Shown here piece after piece: positions 55,350 to 63,838 of a stretch of DNA of 64,000 nucleotides; positions within the stretch are counted from its first letter, which is position 1; each line of letters begins with the position of its first letter. The DNA lies in assembly GCA_017480745.1 (NCBI GenBank), contig JAFUSA010000017.1, forward strand, positions 16,174-80,173, in the 5' to 3' direction. A program made the translations under genes and the position numbers. Under the pieces are notes generated by a model. That model ran no database searches and was not told the origin of the DNA. It saw only the letters and a program-made list of their open reading frames with translations. This DNA is from Alphaproteobacteria bacterium (lineage in GTDB: Bacteria > Pseudomonadota > Alphaproteobacteria > RF32 > CAG-239).

Positions 55350-56682
55350 GGCTCATCCATTGTTTGAAGTCTTGTAAAGCTCTTAAACTATAAGCTTCTT
55401 TGCGCTCGGCACCTTTAATTTTACGGAATTTTCCGTTAGAGGTAATTTCTCCCTTTATATCTGGTAGCAAACCAAAATTTATATTCATCGGCTGATATTC
55501 ACCGGTTGTATCTTGTAAATGTTTAAGCATGGCTCCGGTTGCTGTTGTTTCCGGCGGAATAAGCGGCTGTTTTCCTTTTAATAAACAAGCAGCAAAATAT
55601 CCGGCCATCATTCCGACATTAGCACTTTCCACATAACCTTCACAACCGCTTATTTGTCCGGCAAACATTATATTTGTTTGACTTTTAAGCTGTAAAAATG
55701 TATTTAAAAGGTGTGGACTATTGATAAAAGTGTTTTTATGAATACCTCCAAGGCGGGCAAATTGAGCATTTTCCAACCCCGGGATCATTCTAAAAATACG
55801 TTCTTGTTCACCGTGTTTCAGTTTGGTTTGAAATCCCACAATATTGCGCAATGTATCTTCCTTATTATCCTGTCTTAATTGCACTATGGCGTATGGCTTT
55901 TCGGTAGAATGCGGATTTGTTAGTCCTACCGGTTTCATCGGCCCGAACAATAGAGTATCACGTCCACGCTCTGCCATAACTTCAATGGGTAAACATCCGT
56001 CAAAATAATTAGGCTTTTCAAAATCATGAAACGGCATTTTTTCCGCCGCTGTCAATTCGTCAATGAAGTGGTAATATTGTTCTTCGTTCAGCGGGCAGTT
56101 TATATAATCGTATTTATCACCTTTATCATAACGTGATTGATACCAAGCTTTTGAAAAATCAATACTTTCTTTATAAACAACCGGTGCGATTGCATCATAA
56201 AACGAAAGAGAATCATTATCAATTTTTTGTAAGATGGCATTTATTAACTTATCCGAAGTAAGGGGACCTGTGGCAATAATTGTCAGCGGTGAATCCGGAG
56301 ACGGTAATTGAGTAACCTCACCTTTTTCCACCTCAATCATCTCAGTTTGTAAAAGTTTTTGTGTAACAAGTTCGGCAAAACCATTTCTATCTACGGCCAA
56401 AGCTCCACCGGCCGGAACTCGGCTGGAATCTGCGCATTGCATAATAAGCGAGTCAAATAAACGCATTTCTTCGTGCATTAAGCCGACGGCATTATGTGCT
56501 GCATCATCGGCGCGAAAAGAATTTGAGCATACCAACTCGGCAAAATTCGGATTTTTATGTGCCGGAGAGAACTTTTGAGGTTTCATCTCAAATAATTTAA
56601 CCTTAATGCCTCTTTTGGTTAATTGCCAAGCTGCTTCTGTTCCGGCTAATCCGGCTCCTATTATATGCACAATTTCCATCAT
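55336..56682 (-). CDS. trmFO: Methylenetetrahydrofolate-tRNA-(uracil-5-)-methyltransferase TrmFO
   Basis: MMEIVHIIGAGLAGTEAAWQL... over the length of a typical TrmFO. SD GAGGTG before ATG 56682. Confidence 0.9.
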   Translation of the reverse strand: MMEIVHIIGAGLAGTEAAWQLTKRGIKVKLFEMKPQKFSPAHKNPNFAELVCSNSFRADDAAHNAVGLMHEEMRLFDSLIMQCADSSRVPAGGALAVDRNGFAELVTQKLLQTEMIEVEKGEVTQLPSPDSPLTIIATGPLTSDKLINAILQKIDNDSLSFYDAIAPVVYKESIDFSKAWYQSRYDKGDKYDYINCPLNEEQYYHFIDELTAAEKMPFHDFEKPNYFDGCLPIEVMAERGRDTLLFGPMKPVGLTNPHSTEKPYAIVQLRQDNKEDTLRNIVGFQTKLKHGEQERIFRMIPGLENAQFARLGGIHKNTFINSPHLLNTFLQLKSQTNIMFAGQISGCEGYVESANVGMMAGYFAACLLKGKQPLIPPETTATGAMLKHLQDTTGEYQPMNINFGLLPDIKGEITSNGKFRKIKGAERKEAYSLRALQDFKQWMSRADA

Positions 56683-56807
56683 AAACACCTCATGCCGGCA
56701 AAATAATATTATTTTATCGATTTGTAAACCATCAACCGCTCAGTTATTAAATATTTTTTAAGTTAAATTGATTAAAATAATGGAAAATGTTAATTTTGAG
56801 AATAAGA

Positions 56808-57668
56808 ATGCGTATTTATCAACTAATATCATTGCTGTCGCTTTGTTTGCTTATGTCTCAGCCAGCCGTGGCGGCTGATGGTGCAGAGCAGAATAATGCA
56901 AATGAGCAACAGGGGGAATCTTTGGCAGATTTTATTCAAAAAAATAATGGAGAGACTCCGCAAACGGAAGGAAACTCTTCATCATGGTTAGGGAATATTG
57001 TTGACAAGGTGGCAGAAAAAGGTGCGCAAGCCTTCTCTGAAAATGAGGTACAACCGGTTGGTAAACGTTCCAATGCCGCTGTATTTGATATTTCCGGTAT
57101 TATGTTGCGAATGGATTTGCCTCAGGTTTACGAAGCAATGCAAAAACGCGGATATCGCAAAACGCATGAAGTTTTGGAAATACCTAATTTTATTCGTTGG
57201 CGCTATGAGGAACAGTGTCGCAATCAGGGAATTATCGGCTTTGAAAGAATATCCGGTTGTGTAAACATTTTGGCTCGCAAAAATAATCATCAATATATTC
57301 AACAAATGACCTTTGATAATTTTTATACTCGCGAAAATATTGTGATATTTTTAACCAGCAATTTTACCGGTAACAAGGTTTATCATATAATTTACAAAAC
57401 TGAGGCGGCCAATATAACCGGTAGCGGCCCGAAAGCAGAATATTTGCGTAATTTGAAAGTATTTGATTTTTGGAAAAAGATAAACCAAAAATACGGAGTT
57501 CCGGATAATAAAGAGCAAATAGTTTGGGGGTTGGGTGATAAAAAGCCAAGCCTAAAAGCCAAAACCGGACAGCTTGAACTGGATGATCCTATGCTTTTGG
57601 AGCTTGATTATACTCGAATGTCGCGAGAAGATCAAAAGTTTATGAATACCGCCGTTTATACATTTTAG
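56808..57668 (+). CDS. Secreted hypothetical protein
   Basis: Signal peptide MRIYQLISLLSLCLLMSQPAVAADG. Confidence 0.45.
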   Translation: MRIYQLISLLSLCLLMSQPAVAADGAEQNNANEQQGESLADFIQKNNGETPQTEGNSSSWLGNIVDKVAEKGAQAFSENEVQPVGKRSNAAVFDISGIMLRMDLPQVYEAMQKRGYRKTHEVLEIPNFIRWRYEEQCRNQGIIGFERISGCVNILARKNNHQYIQQMTFDNFYTRENIVIFLTSNFTGNKVYHIIYKTEAANITGSGPKAEYLRNLKVFDFWKKINQKYGVPDNKEQIVWGLGDKKPSLKAKTGQLELDDPMLLELDYTRMSREDQKFMNTAVYTF

Positions 57669-57677
57669 GAGCAAGAA

Positions 57678-58286
57678 ATGTTTTATGATGATTTGCAATT
57701 ATCTGAAATAGTAGCTACACGTATGAGCCATGATTTGATCGGCAATATGGGAGCACTTTCCAATGCTTTGGAGCTTATTGCCGATAATGATGATGCGTTG
57801 GATGAGTGTTCGCTGAGTATTTTAAAAACAGCAACATTTACCCTGAATGCTCGTCAAAAGTTTTTCCGTTTAGCTTTTGGTGTAGATAGTAAAAAAATTG
57901 AAATGGCAACACTTAAAAAGATATGTGATGATTATTTACAAACATGCACTAATCGGACAGATAGCTTCTCTTTATCTTTTAACGGCGTTCGGCCGGAAAT
58001 GGCAAAGTTTGTGTGTTTGGGAGTGATGACTGCGGCAGAGGTGTGTATTCGTGGTGGTAATATTGAAATATGTATCAATAAAGACAATATGATTATCTCT
58101 GTTTCGTCGGCATACAATCTTTCCGCGGTTAAAATTGCTATTTATGAAGATGTGTTGAAAGGAGCCGAAATTAAAGATGATGTGCCTCAATACGCTCATC
58201 TGATTTATTTGCGGAAGTTGTTGGGTAACGAAATAAAAATGCAGCTTATCAGCGATGAAAAGAATATGAAGATCGTTATAGGGTAG
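57678..58286 (+). CDS. chpT: ChpT-like histidine phosphotransferase
   Basis: N-terminal IVATRMSHDLIGNMGALSNALELI matches the HPTransfase/ChpT His motif. Confidence 0.65.
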   Translation: MFYDDLQLSEIVATRMSHDLIGNMGALSNALELIADNDDALDECSLSILKTATFTLNARQKFFRLAFGVDSKKIEMATLKKICDDYLQTCTNRTDSFSLSFNGVRPEMAKFVCLGVMTAAEVCIRGGNIEICINKDNMIISVSSAYNLSAVKIAIYEDVLKGAEIKDDVPQYAHLIYLRKLLGNEIKMQLISDEKNMKIVIG

Positions 58287-58385
58287 AAAATATCTATCCT
58301 ATAACGTTGTTATTGAACAGTATGGATTTTTTACCTATACAGTAAAAATAGTTTGACTTTTATTTTTTTTATGATATAGTAAACT

Positions 58386-58582
58386 CAGGACTTCGGTTCA
58401 GAGCTTTCATCGGCTCATGTACAACTCGGTGCACTGCATCGTCACAGAAGTATTGAATATCTCCGACTTGGTCGGGGAGTCCGTGATGGATGTTCAAGGT
58501 GTTTACCTAAAGATTACGGAAGTCATATAGTTGTACATGATTGATGAACTCTCCCGACCGCTGTTTAGTGGTCAATTTTTTT
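58386..58582 (+). promoter_or_regulatory. Structured 5' leader, copy B, with terminator
   Basis: Promoter TTGACT 58353-58358 / TATAGT 58375-58380. Helices are listed in the first finding. Terminator GACCGC-UGUUUA-GUGGUC at 58556-58573 + U7. Confidence 0.75.
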
Positions 58583-58616
58583 AATGTGTTAACACTTAAT
58601 TTTAGGAGATGAAATT

Positions 58617-59354
58617 ATGAAAAACTTAGAAATAAAAAATCTTCAAAGTAATTTTAATCAAGCGGAAGATGCCTTGACGATTCCTGTGGAATCAAGGCAT
58701 GACTATAAATGTGGCTCTGCCACGCAGTCCGGACGCTCAATGATAGAGATGTTGGGTGTGCTGGCTATAATCGGTGTTTTGTCGGTAGGTGGTATTGCAG
58801 GATATAGTAAGGCAATGCAAAAATATAGAATCAATAAAACCATTGAGCAGATAACCTTAATTGCCGGTAATATACGTGCGTTCTTTGGACCACAGAAGAA
58901 TTATATCGGGGTGAGTTGTAGTTGTGGTGGTGGAAGTTGTCCTCACAATGGTTGTCCGGTAATTAAAAAAGCCAAGATATTGCCCGATGATATGCTTACC
59001 GTAACTGATGGCAAGATTATGTCTATTACCAATCCTTTTGGTGGTTGGGTTAGTTTACGTATATTAGATAAAGCCAAAAACGGTGATAATCAGGCGTTTG
59101 AAATTGCTTTAACCGATCTTCCTCAGGAAGCTTGTATTGAACTTTTGAGCCAAGATTGGAGCAATAGCAATGTAAGTATTATTCGTCTGCAAAGAGATAC
59201 AGATACGGAATATGTGTTTTTTCATAATTTTCCAGCATCTATTGATAATGTTACTGAATCATGTGTGCATAATAACCATCTAGAATTACTATTTGATACT
59301 GATGTAAATTTTATGAAAAATGATGAGAAGTATGGGGAAATGACTTGGTATTAG
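58617..59354 (+). CDS. Type IV pilin-like protein (37-aa leader)
   Basis: MKNLEIKNLQS[27-aa insert]G|RSMIEMLGVLAIIGVLSVGGIAGYSKAMQKYRINKTIEQITLIAGN. C-domain shows QEACIELLSQDWS and PASIDNVTESC. Confidence 0.75.
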   Translation: MKNLEIKNLQSNFNQAEDALTIPVESRHDYKCGSATQSGRSMIEMLGVLAIIGVLSVGGIAGYSKAMQKYRINKTIEQITLIAGNIRAFFGPQKNYIGVSCSCGGGSCPHNGCPVIKKAKILPDDMLTVTDGKIMSITNPFGGWVSLRILDKAKNGDNQAFEIALTDLPQEACIELLSQDWSNSNVSIIRLQRDTDTEYVFFHNFPASIDNVTESCVHNNHLELLFDTDVNFMKNDEKYGEMTWY

Positions 59355-59534
59355 CCACTGCCAGCAAATTTTATAGACTTGTATGATTCTTGCGGAACTT
59401 ATAAACTTCCTGTATCTATTGAAGATGCTGTTCAAGGATGTTCTTGTATGAGCAATAGCGGAAATTCTCTAAACGAAATTGATCTAATACAGTTAGATTT
59501 TTTCTTTGCTAATCCAAAATTATTCGGCTTATAA
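59355..59534 (+). pseudogene. Fragment of a pilin-like 3' end, in frame behind the TAG stop
   Basis: ...YKLPVSIEDAVQGCSC...IDLIQLDFFFANP parallels the C-terminal module (P-x-S-I/V-D/E-N/D-AV..C ... F-F) of the paralogues. Confidence 0.5.
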
Positions 59535-59539
59535 AAAAA

Positions 59540-60160
59540 TTACTCCAACTTTTGCACGCCTTTTTCGCCGCATGATTCGAGGTGCACGCAAGGATAGTGC
59601 TCAATGATGTATTTATAGCGCGGACATTCGGAACCGTGATCATTTATAATACCGCAAGCTTGCAGGTGTGAATAAACGGTTACGGCGCCTAAAAACTTAA
59701 ATCCGCGCTGTTTCAAATCTTTACTGATTTTTTCCGACAAAGAATTGCTTACCGGAATATATCCTTCGCTGTGTTTGTTGTAAATAATTGTTTTACCGTT
59801 AGAATATTTCCATAAATAAGCACTAAAACTCCCAAACTCGGCACAAATTTTTTGCACACATTTGGCGTTATTGATTATGGCGGCAATTTTGCGCGGCGAT
59901 TTTATCATACCATCGCTGTCCATAATTCGCATCACATCGGTTTTGTCATAAGCGGCAATTTTGTTAAAATCAAAATTATCAAAACAACTGCGAAAAATTT
60001 CACGTTTTTTAATTATTAAATCCCAGCTTAACCCGCATTGCATAACCTCCATCATTAAAAATTCAAATTGTTTGATATCATCATGCAAAGGCACGCCCCA
60101 CTCTTTATCGTGGTAACGCATATTTTGAGCCGAAGTATTACCCCATTCGCAATATGCCAT
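59540..60160 (-). CDS. tag: DNA-3-methyladenine glycosylase I
   Basis: YHDKEWGVPLHDD...MMEVMQCGLSWDLIIKKREIFRSCFDNFD. Confidence 0.9.
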   Translation of the reverse strand: MAYCEWGNTSAQNMRYHDKEWGVPLHDDIKQFEFLMMEVMQCGLSWDLIIKKREIFRSCFDNFDFNKIAAYDKTDVMRIMDSDGMIKSPRKIAAIINNAKCVQKICAEFGSFSAYLWKYSNGKTIIYNKHSEGYIPVSNSLSEKISKDLKQRGFKFLGAVTVYSHLQACGIINDHGSECPRYKYIIEHYPCVHLESCGEKGVQKLE

Positions 60161-60161
60161 T

Positions 60162-61898
60162 TTATGCTTTCAGCATAACCTCGGGAGCTTCAATTCCCAA
60201 TAAGTTGAGCAACATAATCAAAACATCTCGGGTTAATTTAGATAATCTTAAACGTGAAGCGGCTAATTCTCTGCTTTTGGCATTCATAATAGGACATGCA
60301 TTATAAAAAGTGCTGAAACATTGAGCCAAAGTATAAGCATAATCGGCAATAAAGCTCGGTTCTTTTTCATTATGTGCTCGCATAATTACGCTGTTGAGCT
60401 GAGATAATTTAAGAGCCAAATTACGTTCTTCATCAGAACATAAAACAATTTTATCTGCCTTTAATCCATTTTCCGCTGCTTTACGCAACACAGAATTGAT
60501 ACGCGCTATCGCATATTGAATATAAGGTCCGGTTTTACCCTCAAATTTAGCGAAATCTTCCAAATCAAAAACATATCCCGAAGCAATGGAGTTTTTTAAG
60601 TCTTGAAATTTAATGGCGGCAACGGCAATTTGCGAAACAAGCTTCTCAATTTCCGCTCTGTCATAACCTTTAACTTCTCCCGGTTTAGGTAAAGATTCGC
60701 GTACTTTGCTTTTAGACATTTCAATCAGCGCTTCCAAGGTCATCACGCCCCCATCACGTGTTTTGAACGGTTTTCCGTCGGCTCCGTTAACAGTGCCAAA
60801 AACAATGTGCTTTAATTCAACATTCTGAGCAATTCCCAGCTTTTTTACTACCTCAAATATTTGTTCAAAATGTAATGTTTGCCGACTGTCGGTAAAATAA
60901 ACAATTTCCTGAGCGCCTAATTGTTCAACCCTCATTTTAACAGTGGCGATATCAGTTAACTGATATCCGAAACCGCCATCAGATTTAACTAAAATTACCG
61001 GCGGTTTAGGCTTATTTGTTTGCTCTAAACGAATAATTTCCGCACCTTCGTCAATTTCCGAAAGTCCTTGTTGACGAGCAATTTTCACTATTTCTCCACA
61101 TGTTTTATGTGCATCGCTTTCACCCCACCAAAGGTCAAAATTAACATCTAATTGCTGATAATTATATTTAATGGCGTCAACCGATTCGCTGCGCAAATGC
61201 AACCATGCTTTTTTGTATTCTAAATTGCCGTCTTGTAATTCGGCAGTTATTTTACTTGCAGCCTTACGCGCTTCTTCATTTTCCTTGCAACGAATATTGG
61301 CTCGTTTATAAAAATCGGTAATTTGTGTAATATTGTAAAAAGGTACCTTAGATAAATCTTTGTCTTTGAAAATAATTTCTCCTAAAATCATTCCCATAGG
61401 AGTTCCCCAATCGCCCAAATGCACATCGCTGATCACATCATTACCGACAAAACGCTCAATTCGCGATATGGCTTCACCAATAACCCCTGAGCGCAAATGA
61501 CCAACGTGCATTTCTTTTGCAACATTCGGTCCGCCATAGTCAAGTACAACTTTGTGCGGATTTTCCACCTTGCCACACCCCAAACGTCTGTCTTTGGATA
61601 TAGCGTCAATATGCTCAGCAATAAAATTATTTTTCAGTTTAATATTGATAAAACCCGGACCATCAACAGTTATATTTTCGGCAAAATCATATTGTTCCAA
61701 TTCTTGGGCAATGGCAGAGGCTATTTCACGCGGATTTTTATGCTCAATTTTAGCCAAAGCAAGCGCTCCGTTACATTGAAAATCGCTCAAATCCGGTCTA
61801 TCCGATATTTTTACAAAAGCAAATTTTTCATCTAAGCCTAATTTTTTAAACACCTTGCTTAAAGTTTCGTTCAATTCATTTTCCAACAATAAATTCAT
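60162..61898 (-). CDS. argS: Arginine-tRNA ligase
   Basis: 578 aa. HVGHLRS (HIGH-type motif) and a DALR anticodon-binding tail. Confidence 0.95.
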   Translation of the reverse strand: MNLLLENELNETLSKVFKKLGLDEKFAFVKISDRPDLSDFQCNGALALAKIEHKNPREIASAIAQELEQYDFAENITVDGPGFINIKLKNNFIAEHIDAISKDRRLGCGKVENPHKVVLDYGGPNVAKEMHVGHLRSGVIGEAISRIERFVGNDVISDVHLGDWGTPMGMILGEIIFKDKDLSKVPFYNITQITDFYKRANIRCKENEEARKAASKITAELQDGNLEYKKAWLHLRSESVDAIKYNYQQLDVNFDLWWGESDAHKTCGEIVKIARQQGLSEIDEGAEIIRLEQTNKPKPPVILVKSDGGFGYQLTDIATVKMRVEQLGAQEIVYFTDSRQTLHFEQIFEVVKKLGIAQNVELKHIVFGTVNGADGKPFKTRDGGVMTLEALIEMSKSKVRESLPKPGEVKGYDRAEIEKLVSQIAVAAIKFQDLKNSIASGYVFDLEDFAKFEGKTGPYIQYAIARINSVLRKAAENGLKADKIVLCSDEERNLALKLSQLNSVIMRAHNEKEPSFIADYAYTLAQCFSTFYNACPIMNAKSRELAASRLRLSKLTRDVLIMLLNLLGIEAPEVMLKA

Positions 61899-62254
61899 TC
61901 TTGGTTCCTCTTATTTTTTACACATTTATAGTGGGCGTGATTCGGCAGCAACAGTTTGCCGTCCAAATAAGTTTTTTTAACAAACTCTGCTTTATCTCCC
62001 GTTGCTTGTTTAACACACTCGTTATCGGCCATTTCTTGTAGCTGTTCATCATCTGTCCACAGGCCGTTAAAACAAATCACCGGAGCCTCGGGAGTTGACG
62101 GACCGGAATAAAGACGGCTTAAATCTTGTGCACCGGCGTTTCTTTGCCTATCTACGTATGGATTAAGCAAGCTGCAACCGCTTAAAATAAAAAATAAACC
62201 GCTTAAAAGTAATTTTTGACTGGACAATTTAAAAAACTCCATTAAATTATACAT
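61895..62254 (-). CDS. Lipoprotein, unknown function
   Basis: Lipobox FFILSGCS. 4-nt overlap with argS. Confidence 0.5.
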   Translation of the reverse strand: MYNLMEFFKLSSQKLLLSGLFFILSGCSLLNPYVDRQRNAGAQDLSRLYSGPSTPEAPVICFNGLWTDDEQLQEMADNECVKQATGDKAEFVKKTYLDGKLLLPNHAHYKCVKNKRNQE

Positions 62255-62284
62255 AGGTTAATTATAATAACAGAGAATACAAAA

Positions 62285-62884
62285 ATGAAAAGCGAAAATC
62301 AATACATTGGGGATGATAAATTTAAAAAATTTTTGCAACACTATAATTGTCCCACTCCTTTGGAGGTGGTAAAAATGCGTTTTGCCGGCGCAATTTGCAG
62401 TCCTAACAAGGATTTGCGCCCCACAGATGTTATTACATCTTTTTGGCCGGAAGGCAAAACTCCGCGTTTAGAAACCAAAAAAGAAGCAGAACTATTTTTT
62501 AAGTTTTTTATGGGTTTATGGGATGAAATGTTTGCTCATGTGACGGAAAATAAGTTAACTTTGCCACGTATATCACCGCAAAATAATTTGATTGAAGTGT
62601 GTCAAAATCGTTATGACATGGTTGAACAAGGCTTTATTGAAGGATTTTGGGGTGGAGAAGATAACTTAAAAATTCCGGCATATATTGCACAAATTGTCGA
62701 TTCGCTTAGTGAAATAGCTCTGCACTATAAATCAATGATTGATAAAATAAATCCTGATAAAGAGAATAAAAATGTATTTGACGCCGTAATAAATTGTGAT
62801 AAAATGGCAACAAAGTCCATTGCTTTTATTGTGGAAAACTACGTCTTACCACATATTGAAGAGTTAAAAAGAACGGTTAATTAA
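62285..62884 (+). CDS. Hypothetical cytoplasmic protein
   Basis: 199 aa, helical. I am not confident of any motif. Confidence 0.4.
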   Translation: MKSENQYIGDDKFKKFLQHYNCPTPLEVVKMRFAGAICSPNKDLRPTDVITSFWPEGKTPRLETKKEAELFFKFFMGLWDEMFAHVTENKLTLPRISPQNNLIEVCQNRYDMVEQGFIEGFWGGEDNLKIPAYIAQIVDSLSEIALHYKSMIDKINPDKENKNVFDAVINCDKMATKSIAFIVENYVLPHIEELKRTVN

Positions 62885-62893
62885 GGAGAGAAT

Positions 62894-63508
62894 ATGAAAA
62901 AGTTTTTGTTGTTTTTGAGTTTAGGCATGTTTTATACCTCATGTGCTTATGCAGATAAAGCCGATTTGAACAAAATTGAAAATTATCTGAACAATATAAA
63001 ATCATTACAGGGCAGTTTTGTGCAAATTGCCAGTAATGGCGGGACTTCTGAAGGAAAAATATATATTTCAAAGCCCAGTAAAATTCGTATGGAATATACT
63101 AATCCGGAGCCGTTGCTTATTGTTGGAAACGGTGATTATATAATCTATAATGATAAAGAGTTGGATCAAATTACCAATATTGATTATAAAGATATTCCGG
63201 CCACTATAATTTTAACTAAAAAAATAAACTTTAATGATGGCAGTTTGAAGATAGTGGATTTGTATAAAGACAGCGGACAAACTTCCATTACTGTGGAAAT
63301 GCCTAAAAATCCAGGGGTTAAACCGATTACTTTAATTTTTGAAAATGAGCCGTTTCGTTTGAAGCAATGGAAAGTTATAGACCAACAAAATATTGAGATA
63401 ACGGTTTCATTATTTGATATTGAGCAAGACGTGGCTATAAACGACGGGTTGTTCAAATTTGATAAGAGTAGCAGTCGTTCAGCGCAGTCCAAAACAAAAA
63501 GGAAGTAA
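62894..63508 (+). CDS. lolA: LolA-like outer-membrane lipoprotein carrier
   Basis: Signal peptide. ...LQGSFVQIASNGGTSEGKIYISKPSKIRMEYTNPEPLLIVGNGD. Confidence 0.75.
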   Translation: MKKFLLFLSLGMFYTSCAYADKADLNKIENYLNNIKSLQGSFVQIASNGGTSEGKIYISKPSKIRMEYTNPEPLLIVGNGDYIIYNDKELDQITNIDYKDIPATIILTKKINFNDGSLKIVDLYKDSGQTSITVEMPKNPGVKPITLIFENEPFRLKQWKVIDQQNIEITVSLFDIEQDVAINDGLFKFDKSSSRSAQSKTKRK

Positions 63509-63631
63509 AATCACAACAAATATATAATATCCGCCGGAGCTTTTTATAACTCCGGCGAGAAGTTTGTGCTTATTAATAATTTTTGAAAAAAAACAGTTTG
63601 ACTTTGGATTTTTTTGTGATATAGTAAAATC

Positions 63632-63801
63632 AAGATGAGGTAACTTGTCTGAGGCCTGCAAGCCTCTTTAAGTCCGTCTTAATAGACGTAAAATTTTCCA
63701 GCGTGGCTGGATGGTTGCGGAATAAATTTTATTATGAATACGCAACGCTATTGACTTAAATAGTTTGCAGCTTCCAGCCGCCTCAAAAGGGCGGTTATTT
63801 T
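63632..63801 (+). promoter_or_regulatory. Different multi-hairpin 5' leader with terminator upstream of the fifth pilin-like gene
   Basis: Promoter TTGACT 63598-63603 / TATAGT 63620-63625. Hairpins GAGGC..GCCUC, CGUCU-UAAU-AGACG, CCAGC-GUG-GCUGG, UUGCG..CGCAA. Terminator CCGCC-UCAAAAG-GGCGG + U-rich at 63778-63801. Confidence 0.5.
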
Positions 63802-63838
63802 ATGTAGTATCAACAATTCATATGAAAGGAAGTTTACT

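Noticed and set aside
58386-58582. Assigning the recurrent leader to a c-di-GMP riboswitch, which would be attractive because those often control pili.
   Set aside because: I cannot find the GEMM-I hallmarks (GNRA tetraloop and receptor, conserved GCAAA / ACGCAAAGC-type segments) or the class II pseudoknot consensus. It is left unclassified pending cmscan.
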